From: Mustelus asterias
Lineage: Eukaryota
Assembly (NCBI RefSeq): GCF_964213995.1
Contig: NC_135803.1
Coordinates: 19,282,001 to 19,346,000, forward strand
DNA length: 64,000 bases
Reading direction: 5' to 3'
A program made the position numbers and the translations under genes. The notes beneath the pieces are model-generated. The model did no database searches, had not been told where the DNA came from, and was given only the letters and a program-made list of their open reading frames with translations. Shown here piece by piece: positions 1 through 11,051 of the stretch; within the stretch, counting starts at the first letter, position 1; each line of letters opens with the position of its first letter.

Positions 1-1308
1 TTATAAGGGTGACTCTGGGTGTGTGATTTATAAGGGTGACTCTGGGTGTGTGATTTATAAGGGTGACTCTGGGTGTGTGATTTATAAGGGTGACTCTGGG
101 TGTGTGATTGAATAGGGTGACTCTGGGTGTGTGATTGAATAGGGTGACTCTGGGTGTGTGATTGAATAGGGTGACTCTGGGTGTGTGATTGAATAGGGTG
201 ACTCTGGGTGTGTGATTGAATAGGGTGACTCTGGGTGTGTGATTGAATAGGGTGACTCTGGGTGTGTGATTGAATAGGGTGACTCTGGGTGTGTGATTGA
301 ATAGGGTGACTCTGGGTGTGTGATTTATAAGGGTGACTCTGGGTGTGTGATTGAGTAGGGTGACTCTGGGTGTGTGATTGAATAGGGTGACTCTGGGTGT
401 GTGATTGAATAGGGTGACTCTGGGTGTGTGATTGATAAGGGTGACTCTGGGTGTGTGATTTATAAGGGTGACTCTGGGTGTGTGATTTATAAGGGTGACT
501 CTGGGTGTGTGATTTATAAGGGTGACTCTGGGTGTGTGATTTATAAGGGTGACTCTGGGTGTGTGATTTATAAGGGTGACTCTGGGTGTGTGATTGAATA
601 GGGTGACTCTGGGTGTGTGATTGAATAGGGTGACTCTGGGTGTGTGATTGAATAGGGTGACTCTGGGTGTGTGATTGAATAGGGTGACTCTGGGTGTGTG
701 ATTGAATAGGGTGACTCTGGGTGTGTGATTTATAAGGGTGACTCTGGGTATGTGATTGAGTAGGGTGACTCTGGGTGTGTGATTGAATAGGGTGACTCTG
801 GGTGTGTGATTGATAAGGGTGACTCGGGGTGTTTGCGATTTATAAGGGTGACTCTGGGTGTGTGATTGATAAGGGTGACTCTGGGTGTGTGATTTATAAG
901 GGTGACTCTGGGTGTGTGATTTATAAGGGTGACTCTGGGTGTGTGATTTATAAGGGTGACTCTGGGTGTGTGATTGAATAGGGTGACTCTGGGTGTGTGA
1001 TTGAATAGGGTGACTCTGGGTGTGTGATTGAATAGGGTGACTCTGGGTGTGTGATTGAATAGGGTGACTCTGGGTGTGTGATTGAATAGGGTGACTCTGG
1101 GTGTGTGATTGAATAGGGTGACTCTGGGTGTGTGATTTATAAGGGTGACTCTGGGTGTGTGATTTATAAGGGTGACTCTGGGTGTGTGATTTATAAGGGT
1201 GACTCTGGGTGTGTGATTTATAAGGGTGACTCTGGGTGTGTGATTGAATAGGGTGACTCTGGGTGTGTGATTTATAAGGGTGACTCGGGGTGTTTGCGAT
1301 TTATAAGG
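1..1308. repeat. 27-bp minisatellite (~48 units), running off the window start
   Basis: Unit GACTCTGGGTGTGTGAT(TTATAA|TGAATA)GGGT with period 27 (GACTC at 11, 38, ... 821). A 29-bp variant unit occurs at 821 and 1282. Confidence 0.97.
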
Positions 1309-1582
1309 ATGGTTCAGCACCTTCATTGTGCCCACAGTGAGAGTGCTGCTGAGGTGTATGGGCCAAGGAAGGGGACAAGATGGAGGCTTATAACAGTTGC
1401 AGGAAATGGCGATCACGTCTTCACCACCAGCACTGTCCCTGACATCAGTCTCCAGGACACAATCATTCAGTTGCAAATGGTCTTGGGCTAATCGATTTGC
1501 ACTTTCAACGTGTAAACTGCATATTGTTTTCCTGACATTCCAACCTCCTACAATGTGCACGGCCCCTGTGAATTGGAACAAC

Positions 1583-1933
1583 AGAATCCCTACAGTGCAC
1601 AATGAGGCCATTTGGCCCATTGATCCTGTACTCTCTCTCTGAAAGAACAACCCACCCAGGCCCTCCCCTCCACCCTATCCTCGTAACCCCATACATTTAC
1701 CACGGCCAATCCATCCAGCCGACACATCTTTGGACACTAAGGGCAATTTAGCATGGCCAATCCACCTAACCTGCACATCATTGAACCGTGAGATGAAACC
1801 GGAGCACCCAGTGGAAACCCACACAGGCACGGGAAGAATGTGCAAACTCCACAAAGACACAGTCACCTGAGGCCGGAATTGAACTGGGTCCTTGACGCTG
1901 GGAGGCAGCAGTGCTCACCACTGTGCCACCATG
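1583..1933 (-). mobile_element. HE1-like V-SINE (tRNA head, CR1-type tail A)
   Basis: Reverse complement of the GGTGGCACAGTGG...GCACTGCTGCCTC head, the TGGGTTTCC...GGTGCTCCGGTTTC central domain and a CR1-like GGGATTCT tail. Confidence 0.88.
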
Positions 1934-1941
1934 TGGCCATT

Positions 1942-2985
1942 GGCCGGAATTCTCACAAAGAAATCCTAAGTGTCGAATCTGCGTGAAAACTGGAGTAATT
2001 CACGCTTGTTTTTTCAGTGGGAATTCAAAAGATCTCCCACTCTGTGCACTGCAGAGGCCACTAGTGTATATATCATTAAACTTCAGTGGACGGGGCCTAT
2101 TCCCATTGGAGAGGCTGACAGCACAGCACTGAGTGGGCCACTGCGTATGCGCTGATCTGTCAGCGCCAAAGTCCGTGTGTGCGTAGCAGCCCGCACTGCC
2201 AGCCTCCCGAGTGCTGGCTTGCTGTATCACTGGCCAGCCCTGCGACTACCCCTCCGCACCACCCCCCCCCCCCCCCCCCCCCCCCAATGGCCCCACTCGA
2301 CCATTCCCAGGCCAGAACCAAACCACCCCCCCGCCCCCGAATCTCCGGCCTCCTCCCCCACTTCCGGCCTCCCCTCCCACCCACCCCCACATCTCCAGCC
2401 CCCCCCAGATTCCCACGCCTGCAGTCCTGACCCTCCCCCCGCAATCCTGACCCCCTCAGCAGGCTGAACCCCCCTCCATCCCACCCCACCCCGATCGCTG
2501 GCCCGCCTCCTTCCCCATGGTAGGATGGGCAGTCCCGAGGTGCCCTGTGGGCATTGGCACTTTGCCCCTTGGACAGTGCCTGGGGCACAGGCTGGCACTG
2601 CCAGGATGCCAATGCCCAGGGGGAGCCCTCGTTGCCCTCCCCCCCTTCACTCCAGTGGGGTTGGGTCGCTAGTTCCGTGAAAGTGGGGAGTTACTGTAAT
2701 CCCCGCTGGAGTGAACCACTCTGGTAGGCTGGGGGAGGGGCCCAGAGACTCAGAGATTCAGCCCTGGGCCGCTGATTTAATTTAGATTATGTGGAAATTA
2801 ACATTTCAATGTTTGCCGTGCCTCCCCTCCAATTTCTGGCATGGAGCTGATGATGCCGGAAATCTGGCGCTAGCGGAGCGCAAACGCATGCGCCAGCTCC
2901 ACGAATCGGTCGATGCGAGAATCGTTCGGGAGATTTGCAGCCAATGTGTTGGGAGTTGGGGTCCACTGGTAGAATTCAATTGCCC
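1942..2985 (+). mobile_element. GC-rich ~1-kb non-autonomous DNA transposon (PIF/Harbinger-like)
   Basis: Starts GGCCGGAATTCTC. Homologous to 45889-46943 (opposite orientation) and to the internally deleted copy 32935-33330, which has clear TIRs. Confidence 0.6.
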
Positions 2986-3387
2986 TTAGAAAATGGCTGC
3001 TTATTGAACAATGTCATTGGCTGTGCCTCTGCCGGCCAGGCTGCCTTCAGCGCGCAGGAACCACCCACGGGAAAAGCAGGAAGATGCCATGATATGTCAG
3101 CATTCCTGTCAGATATAACACGTTCTTGCTTTCCTCCCCGTGCCTTCCTCCAAAGGCCTGTTGAAATTCCCTGGGCCAGTCAGAACGCCTCGGACTGATT
3201 GTCTGCTTACCCATTAACATCTGTCCCAGGTCGACTGCAGAAGGCCGTGCTGTGAAATGGCTCCCTCATGACCTCTCCTTCCCACACAACTGAAGTCTCT
3301 CAGCAGCTGTTCAGTGTGTCATTTTTTCACCGCTGATTGCAAAATACGGACCATTAATTCTGCTCCTTAAACTCTGTTCTCCTCCAG

Positions 3388-3506
3388 GAAGTTTACCACG
3401 AGAAACATCTGCACCAGTTCTGGGAGAAGCACAAAGGTGAACTCCAAGTGAAGTTTGTGGGTCCAGAGGAAATCCTGGGCGAAGGCGATGCCAGGAATAT
3501 GGGAAT
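3388..3506 (+). CDS. PLOD2: PLOD2 coding exon 10 (119 nt)
   Basis: ctccag|GAA...GGAAT|gtgag. Translates EVYHEKHLHQFWEKHKGELQVKFVGPEEILGEGDARNMG(M), homologous to human EVYHEKDIK...EARNMGM. Confidence 0.93.
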
Positions 3507-3902
3507 GTGAGTTTCTGCTTTCAAAGACTGTAACCATGGCTAAATTGGAATAGCATGATTCCAGATTGGGAATGCCCACTGCCTGCACTCATCTCCCGTG
3601 CCAAAACAAACTGGGGGGCATCGGGAATGGGAATTCTGGAATCGGGTTCTATTTGCTATTTTGGAGGGTGCACACAATATCCACAAAAAAGTTGACCCTT
3701 GACCTCTTGACTTCCACCGTTGCCATTTTGGTATGTTTCTCCTCTTGTCAGGTTTTAAATGGCAGATATAAAATTACCATTATTTTCTTAAGTTTCGAAA
3801 CTAACTGTGTACTACTGACACCATCGGGTTGGTTGTTGCTGCTCAGATGGAAGTGAAAGCACAGACCCATTCGTGTCAATGTGTGTCACACCTTGAACGT
3901 GT

Positions 3903-4215
3903 CATAGAACCATAGAATCCCACAGTGCAGAAGGAGGCCATTCAGCCCATCGGGCCTGCACCGACAACAACCCCACCCAGGCCCTATTCCTGTAACTCCA
4001 CATATTTACCCTGCTAATCCCCTGACACAAGAGTCAACTTAGTATGGCCAATCAACCTAACCAGCACACCTTTGGAATGTGGGAGGAAACTGGAGCAAAC
4101 CCACGCAGACACGGGGAGAACATACAAACTCCACACTCAGTGACCCGAGGCCGGAATCGAACCCGTGTCCCTGGCGCTGTGAGGCAGCAGTGCTAACCAC
4201 TGCCACCGTGCCACC
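3903..4215 (-). mobile_element. HE1-like V-SINE (tail A)
   Basis: Full head, central domain and CR1-like tail on the reverse strand. Confidence 0.88.
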
Positions 4216-4270
4216 CTTGGTTGTTGCTGCTCGGGTTGGAAGTGATGGCACAGACCCATTTGTGTCAATC

Positions 4271-4608
4271 TTAGAATCCCTACAGCACAGAAAGAGGCCA
4301 TTCGGCCCATCGAGTCTGCACCGACCACAATCCCACCCAGGCCCTAGCCCCATATCCCTACATATTTACCAACTCATCCCTCTAACCTACGCATCCCAGG
4401 ACACTAAGGGGCAATTTTTAGCATGGCCAATCAACCTAACCTGCACATCTTTGGAATGTGGGAGGAAACCGGAGCACCCGGAGGAAACCCACGCAGACAC
4501 GAGGAGAATGTGCAAACTCCACACAGACAGTGACCCAAGCCGGGAATCGAACCCAGGTCCCTGGAGCTGTGAAGCAGCAGTGCTAACCACTGTGCCACCG
4601 TGCCGCCC
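4271..4608 (-). mobile_element. HE1-like V-SINE (tail A)
   Basis: Near-consensus full-length copy on the reverse strand. Confidence 0.9.
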
Positions 4609-5219
4609 CATGTCACGTGCGTCACGTGCCCCATGTCAATGTGCGTCACACCTTTGAAAGTGAGCAGAGTTATAAAGGGGCATTATCACGGAGATCGCGG
4701 CGAGTTTCTCCGGAACCAGAGGGCACGGTCTGGACCCGAAATGGCGCAAACCCAACACTAACCTTTGGGAAACATTGGCCTCGATTTTGACGGGAAAGGA
4801 AGCAGAGGTGCCTTGACAGCTGCTGGGAATCCCAGAAATACTGGGAACATGTAGATAGCCTTGAATTTGTTGGCCGGGCCTCTTCAGAACATCTTTACTC
4901 CTTTTCCCATCAAGCAGACGGTCTGATCGACCAGCAAGTTCTAAAAATATTTGCGCTTTTCAGAGAGGGAAATACAAAAGCATCAGGCGAGCAGATTTCC
5001 TTCAAAGGTTTTTGTTGGAAGTTTGAAAGTCCTTTTTTTCTATTTTTAAACTTGCCAAAATAAACATAATGACTTCAGCAAATTCTCAGTGTGGAAAAAA
5101 AGAGAACGTTATGATCATTTCCGTTACTAAGGACGGTGATTTAAAGTAGGTCAGCTTTGTGGCTACAAGAGAAGTATAATTTTACTGTCTCATACTGTCC
5201 TCTTGTATTCCCAACCTAG

Positions 5220-5324
5220 GGATTACTGTCGCCAAAATCCAGGATGTGATTATTACTTCAATCTTGATTCGGATGTTGTATTGACAAACCCAGATACACT
5301 GAAGCTTTTAATTGAGCAAAACAG
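5220..5324 (+). CDS. PLOD2: PLOD2 coding exon 11 (105 nt)
   Basis: cctag|G GAT TAC...AAC AG|gtaac. Translates [34 protein letters not shown](R). Phase matches exon 10. Confidence 0.95.
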
Positions 5325-5844
5325 GTAACAAGTTTACAGATTAATGTTTTAGTTGTGTGCTGGTTAAGGTGGATTCGCTGTAAAACTCGTACTTTTTTTT
5401 ACTCATGGGCTGCTGAGTGGAAATAAGGTAACATATTCACAATCCTAACATAGAAACATAGAGGGTAGGAGCAGGAGGAGGCCATTTGACCCTTTGTGTC
5501 TGCTCCGCCATTCGTTACGATCATGGCTGATTGTCCCACTCAATAGCCTAATCCTGCTTTCTCCCCATAACCTTTGATCCCATTGGCCATTAAACATTAG
5601 TTTTTTTTAAAATTGTCATCTTTTTGTAGCCACATCCGTGAATTGTGATCCAAACCTGGAATGGTTGAGTCAAAAAATGACACTTGCACCGTAAGCAGTT
5701 TATCATGTCGTGATCCCTTAATTACAGAAAAATTCCTTAAGTACAGAAAAAAGTGCCAATAATCAGTTGAGACTGATCAAGCACTCAGAAGCTGATTTTT
5801 AACTAGCCCAATGATTCTCCCCGCCACCAACCCTTACCTGGAAG

Positions 5845-6221
5845 TTTTTTTTATTCGTTCATGGGATGTGAGCCTCACTGGCTGGGCCAGCACTTATTGC
5901 CCATCCCCAGTTGCCCTTGAACTGAATGGCTTGCTGGGCCATTTCAGAGGGCAGTTAAGAGTCAACCACATTGCTGTGGCTCTGGAGTCACATTTAGGCC
6001 AAGTAAGGATGGCAGATTTCTTTGCCTAAAGGACATTAGTGAACCAGATGGGCTTTTCTGACAATGGTTTCTTGGTCATCAGTCAATTCTTAATTCCAGA
6101 TATTTTTTATTGAATTCAAATTCCACCCTCTGCCATGGCAGATTCGAACCCGGGTCCCCAAAACATGAGCAGAGTTTCTGAATTAATAGTCGAGTGATAA
6201 TGCCACTAGGCCATCGCCTCC
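5845..6221 (-). mobile_element. Second tRNA-derived SINE family (tentatively DeuSINE/SacSINE1-like)
   Basis: Reverse complement of the copy at 8133-8520. Confidence 0.8.
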
Positions 6222-6439
6222 TTGTGAGCGGAAGCAGTTAAAGTGAGGTCCTTCACTCGAGCTTCCCTGATCCCATGTCAAGTCCTGATATTAACTATGC
6301 CTCACTATTTGAGCAGTGGGTATGAAGCCACAATGATCAGTGCACTGTTTAGATGTGAGAGCCCAAGGACACCATCAAGTCCAGAACTGCATTTTTGGTT
6401 TGCGACCCAAGCGTGGGAGCAGTGACAGATTTCTCATCA

Positions 6440-7110
6440 GGCCAAACTTGTAAGCATGCAGGTGCAGCAGGTGGTAAAGAAGGCAAATGGCATGTTGGCC
6501 TTCATTGCGAGAGGTTTTGAATACAGGAACAGGGATGTGTTGTTGCAATTATACAGGGCCTTGGTGAGGCTACACCGAGAGTATTGTGCAGTTTTGGTCT
6601 CCTTTTCTGAGTAAGGATGTTCTTGCTCTTGAGGAAGTGCGGCGAACGTTTACCGGAGATAGCAGGACTGATTTATGAGGAGAGATTGACTAGGTTAGGA
6701 TTGTTTTTGCTGGAGTTCAGACGAATGAGGGGGGATCTCATTGAGACTTATAAAATTCTAACAGGACTAGACAGGGTAAATGCAGGGAGGATGTTCCCGA
6801 TGGTGGGAGTGTCCAGAACCAGGAGTCACCGTCTGAGAATTTGGGGTCGACCATTTAGGACAGAGATGAGGAGATATTTCTTCACCCAAAGAGTGGTGAG
6901 CCTGTGGAATTCATTACCACAGGAAGTAGTTGATGCCAAAACTTTGAATGTATTCAAGAGGTGGCTGGATATAGCACTTGGGGCAAATGGGATCAAAGGT
7001 TATGGGGAAAAAGCAGGACCAGGCTATTGAGTTGGATGGTCAGCCATGATTGTGATAAATGATGGAGCAGGCTCGAAGGGCCAAATGGCCTCCTCCCACT
7101 CCTATCCTCA
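6440..7110 (+). mobile_element. CR1 LINE 3' fragment (RT C-terminus and 3'UTR)
   Basis: YEERLTRLGLF...RRMRGDLIETYKI...FFTQRVVSLWNSLP motif followed by a CR1 3' tail. Confidence 0.9.
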
Positions 7111-7139
7111 AAAAAAATGATGGATCTTGTGAGATAGAA

Positions 7140-8055
7140 GTGGAATCATGGAATGGTCACAGCCCAGAAGGAGGCCATTCGGCCAATCATGCCCATGCTG
7201 GTTCTCAGCATGAGCAACTCCATCTAGAACCATTTCCCTTTTCCCCGTAACGCATCAATTTTTTTCTCTTCCCTTAATTATCTAATTCTCTTTTGAAGAT
7301 CTTGATTGAATCTACACTCCCAGGCAGTGCATTCCAGATCCTAACAAATCATTGTTAAAAAAGATTTTCCTCAACTTGTTGCTTCATTTGCCAGACACCT
7401 TAAATCAGTGCCCTCTGCTCCTTGGTCCTTTTCCCCCGTGGAAATATTTTTTCTTCATATATTCGGTCCAGACCCCTCATCGTTCTGATCACCTCGATTG
7501 AACTTCCTCCTAATGTCTTCTTCTTCAAGGAGGACAGCCCCAGCTTCTCCAATCGAAACTGGAGTTCCTCATCCCTGGAACCATTCCCGGGAAGCTTTCC
7601 TGCACCCCCTCCGCATCCTTCCTTAGAGAAAGTCAAATCGGAATATTTGCTCAATGACAAGAGACCAGCAGCAGCGGAGGAGCAAAGGGATTTGGGTTTA
7701 CATAGCTGAGGGCTGATGTAACAGCTGTTTAAACAGAAAAACATTTCTGTAGCTTCGATGGAAAGAAACTATTTCCTCTTGTGCGGGAATCTAGAATGAG
7801 GAGGTGTAATCTTAAAATTAATCTGACAGTGAATCAGGCAGCACCTTTCACACAGAATTCAATGGAATCCTGGAATGCTGTCCAAAAAGTTCTGGAAACC
7901 GGATCATTTGAAACTTTTAAGAGAGAGATCGATTGATTTTTGCAAGGAGGGGAATGAAGGAACAGGGAAACAAAGTGGACAAATATGTTAGAGGTATAGA
8001 ATGGCAGAACAGGCTTAAGGGGCTGAATGGCTTACACTTGTTCCTTTGTTCCTGC
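7140..8055. mobile_element. Two older degraded CR1 fragments (minus ~7140-7620, plus ~7640-8055)
   Basis: Degenerate LEKLGL..L...RG.. motif and CR1 3' ends in opposite orientations. Confidence 0.65.
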
Positions 8056-8132
8056 TTAGTTTAAATAGCTGCCTATTTTCAGAAAGTTATTTCTAAATAT
8101 ACCTTAATTTATTTTTGTCAATCTTTTTGGCA

Positions 8133-8520
8133 GAGGCGATGGCCTAGTAATATTATCGCTTAGACTATTTATCTAGAAACTCAGCTAATGTTTTGGGGAC
8201 CTGGGTTCGAATCCCGCCACGGCAGGTGGTGGAATTTGAATTCAATTTTTTAAAAATCTGGAAATAAGAATCTACCGATGACCATGGAGCAATTGTCGAT
8301 TGTCGGAAAAACCCGTCTGGTTCACTAATGTTCTTGTAGGGAACCAAATCTGCCGTCCTTACCTGGTCTGGCCTACATATGACTCTAGAGCTACAGCAAT
8401 GTGGTTGACTCTCAACTGCCCTCTGAAGTGGCCCAGCAAGCCACTCAGATCAAGGGCAATTAGGGATGGGCAATAAATGCTGGCCAGCCAGCGATGCCCA
8501 TGTCCCATGAATAAAAAAAA
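8133..8520 (+). mobile_element. Second tRNA-derived SINE family (tentatively DeuSINE/SacSINE1-like), full length
   Basis: Head GAGGCGATGGCCTAGT, B-box GGTTCGAATCCC, and tail CAAGGGCAATTAGGGATGGGCAATAAATGCTGGCC...A-rich end. Confidence 0.82.
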
Positions 8521-8867
8521 TTCCAGTTTGCGGTGGCTCACTTTCCCAATAGATTATCAATATTTGCCATGTAGCATTTGGCGATTTACTTGTTCCAGCC
8601 AGTCAGAAAAGAGTGTAAGTTTTTAAACTCGGACTAACATTCTCTTCAATGCACATTAACCCCTTTGAATTCGTACAATCGCATCCCATTTTCTTCATGC
8701 TTCTGATCAAATGTAAAACAGGATGAAAACCTGGTGCGACCATTTTCAATGCATTGCATTCTCCATCTGCCTTTTCTTCCTTTGCGAGATCTCTTCAGTT
8801 AGTTTACATGTTCCTGCCCCACCCAGTGGACGCCAAACACTTTAGGTTTCCTTACTCCTGGAGTAAG

Positions 8868-9258
8868 GGCAGCACGGTGGCACAGTGGTTAGCACTGCTG
8901 CCTCACAGCATCAAGTACCTGGGTTCGATTCCTGGCTTGGGTCACTGTCTGTGCAGTCTGCACGTTCTCCCCGTGTCTGCATGGGTTCCTTCCAGGTGCT
9001 CCGGTTTCCTCCCACACTCTAAAAGAGTTGGCTAAGTGTATTGTCCATGCTAAATTCTCCCTGTGTACCCGAACAGGTTCTGGGGTGTGGCGACTAGGTG
9101 ATTTTCACAGTAACTTAACTGCAGTTGACTCACCTGATGAAGGAGCAGCGCTCCAAAAGCTTGTGCTTCTACGTAAACCTGTTGGACTTTAATCTGGTGA
9201 TGTGGAGCTTCTTGCAGTGTTAACATAGGCCTACTTGTGGCGCTAATTAATAAACTTT
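8868..9258 (+). mobile_element. V-SINE with alternative tail B, interrupted by a PLE/hammerhead fragment at ~9127-9213
   Basis: HE1 head followed by the CCCGAACAGG...GGATTTTCACAGTAAC...CCTACTTGTG..AATAAAC tail. The insert reads CACCTGATGAAGGAGCAGCGCTCCAAAAGC (GAAA mutated). Confidence 0.82.
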
Positions 9259-9389
9259 CGAACTCTGGTGAATGAACTAAAATTCCGTGCCCCAGATGTG
9301 TGAACTGAGCAGAGTTATTACCAGCTTGGCTATACTTAGTCCAATGGGACAGCCTTTTCCTGGCAGCCCCATCCGTTTGAAATGCCAAC

Positions 9390-9746
9390 TTTTCGATAAT
9401 TCAGTCGACCCAAACACAACAGTCGGCAAGATTGGACATTGAATCGGGACTGCATTTAATTGAAGCTACACCGACAAGATCAATGTCTTTTAATTAAACT
9501 AATGACTGTGTTATTGCAATGACTTTAATCAGGCCATTGAAGTTTGCCTATTGGAGTGCGAACTCTCTTAAGGGGCCAGTTGATGGGCCAATCAGGGAGA
9601 CTTTACTTTATATATAACCAGGAGTGTCAGTTCCTCTGGCAGTCCCGAAGGTATTCTGCTGACTGCCAGTGCTCTGTGTGCTGCTATTGGAATTGAAAAT
9701 AAATGGATTCTAGTGAAGGGACTTCTGCTTCTGTCAACTTATCACA
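9390..9746 (+). mobile_element. Possible solo LTR (5' boundary uncertain)
   Basis: CCAAT (9588), TATATAA (9611) and AATAAA (9698) in LTR order, ending ...TTATCACA. No TSD was found. Confidence 0.4.
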
Positions 9747-9964
9747 ATTATATTTCAATGCAATAAGCATTTAAAAAGCTTAAGGCAATCAACCTGGGCT
9801 TTTTAAATGTTGATTTAATTTACACCACCTGAGGTACAATAAAGTTGTGTTGTAAAAGTGCTCATGAAATTAAGTGCAGAATATTGGAATGTTGAACTGG
9901 ACTCTCCACATTGCCTGATACAAAGGCTGTTTTGAATTAGTCAGTCAAATTCAATGCAGTGGGA

Positions 9965-10100
9965 CAAAAGCTAAATATTGCGGATGCTGGAATCTGAAAC
10001 GAGCAGAAAATGCTGGAAAAACTCAGCAAGTCTGGCAGCATCTGTAGAGAGAGATAATATAATTGGCATTTCAAGTCCATATAACTCTTCTTCATGGCTC
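9965..10100 (-). mobile_element. Terminal fragment of a second PLE family (degenerate hammerhead)
   Basis: TGCGGATGCTGGAATCTGAAAC...CTCAGCAAGTCTGGCAGCATCTG, also seen at 12954, 13922, 31247, and in reverse at 38905 and 59540. Confidence 0.6.
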
Positions 10101-10187
10101 TAGGGTGAGATTCTCAGAGTCCGTTTTATGTGGGCACAAGTTCTGTTACGACCGCTAAAACTCGCAAGGGAGTCGTAATGGGATTTT

Positions 10188-10499
10188 ATAGAAACCCTTC
10201 AGTGCAGAAGGAAGCCATTCAGCCCATCGAGTCTGCACCGACAACAATCCCACCCTATTCCCATCATCCCACCTATTTATTCCACTAAACCCTCTAAACT
10301 ACGCATTCCGAGACACTACGGGGCAATTTAGTACGGCCAATGCACCTAACCCGCACATCTTTGGACTGTGGGAGGAAACCGGAGCTCCCGGAGGAAACCC
10401 ACGCAGACTCTGCTCAGACAGTGACCCAAGCGGGGAATCGAACCCGGGTCCCCGGCGTTGTGAGGCAGCGGTGCTACCCACTGTGCCACCGTGCCGCCC
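10188..10499 (-). mobile_element. HE1-like V-SINE (tail A)
   Basis: Full-length copy on the reverse strand. Confidence 0.87.
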
Positions 10500-10510
10500 A
10501 TAAAGGTGAC

Positions 10511-10559
10511 TGGCCAGTACGGAGATCGAACCCGTGACCTTGGCATTATCAGCACCACG
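10511..10559 (-). pseudogene. 3' half of a tRNA-Ile-like sequence (anticodon GAT), truncated
   Basis: Reverse complement CGTGGTGCTGATAATGCCAAGGTCACGGGTTCGATCTCCGTACTGGCCA matches the 3' half of vertebrate tRNA-Ile as recalled (about 4 differences). The 5' half is absent. Confidence 0.7.
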
Positions 10560-10632
10560 AGAGCTTGTGTGGCTTTTACTACCAAATAAACCTGTTGGAC
10601 TTTAACCTGGTGTTGTTAAACTTCTTACTGTG
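10560..10632 (+). mobile_element. Short PLE terminal insert
   Basis: GCTTGTGTGG...AAATAAACCTGTTGGACTTTAACCTGGTGTTG, flanked by a 13-bp direct repeat ATTATCAGCACCA. Confidence 0.75.
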
Positions 10633-10698
10633 ATTATCAGCACCATCAGGCGATGAATAAATCTGCAAAAGAGGAAAATGAGTTCTTAAAATGATTTT

Positions 10699-10840
10699 GG
10701 GCGGGATTTTCCGGCCACGTTCACCCCAAAACTGGAAAATCCCACCAGAGATCTGTGCACCTCCCCCCCTGCCCCAACCCGTCTGTTACAATTCCCGGGG
10801 GGGGGGTGGGGAGGAGGACGGGACGGGAAAGTCCTTCCCC
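10699..10840. mobile_element. Harbinger-like MITE (~125-140 bp family)
   Basis: GGGCGGGATTTTCC...GGAAAATCCC internal palindrome. Related copies at 15039, 15168, 43860 and 47697. Confidence 0.6.
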
Positions 10841-10925
10841 CGCCTCCAAACTGTCAAATGTTTCACCCAAATTGATTGCAAAGTGATTTTTTTTGGTTAA
10901 TCATCATTTCTCTCTGCCCTAATAG

Positions 10926-11051
10926 GAGGATAATTGCACCAATGATTACTCAGTATAAAAAGCTGTGGTCCAATTTTTGGGGTGCGTTAACTCCAGATGG
11001 TTACTATGCACGCTCCGAGGATTATGTTAATATTGTCGAAGGAAATCGAGT
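10926..11051 (+). CDS. PLOD2: PLOD2 coding exon 12 (126 nt)
   Basis: aatag|G AGG ATA...CGA GT|gtaag. Translates [41 protein letters not shown](V). Confidence 0.96.

Noticed and set aside
1-1308. CRISPR-like array
   Set aside because: Contiguous tandem units with no unique spacers, no cas genes and a vertebrate context.
730-1650. 306-aa ORF with (NHTPRVTLI/F)n repeats
   Set aside because: Translation of the 27-bp minisatellite; a unit divisible by 3 and lacking stops explains the open frame.
2160-2650. Pro/Gly-rich ORFs here and at 46089-46994
   Set aside because: Poly-C/G tracts within a GC-rich non-autonomous transposon; open in several frames on both strands.
1310-3387. PLOD2 exon 9
   Set aside because: No segment encoding an FIEQPTPFL-like peptide was found; it probably lies upstream of the window.
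4079-4657. Recurrent ORFs such as CGRKPEHPEETHADT / VAQWLALLPHS
   Set aside because: Translations of V-SINE copies, not genes.
9131-9165. Active hammerheads here and at 24991-25027
   Set aside because: Core mutations (GAAA to AAAA; CUGACGA to CUGACAA) predict inactivity.
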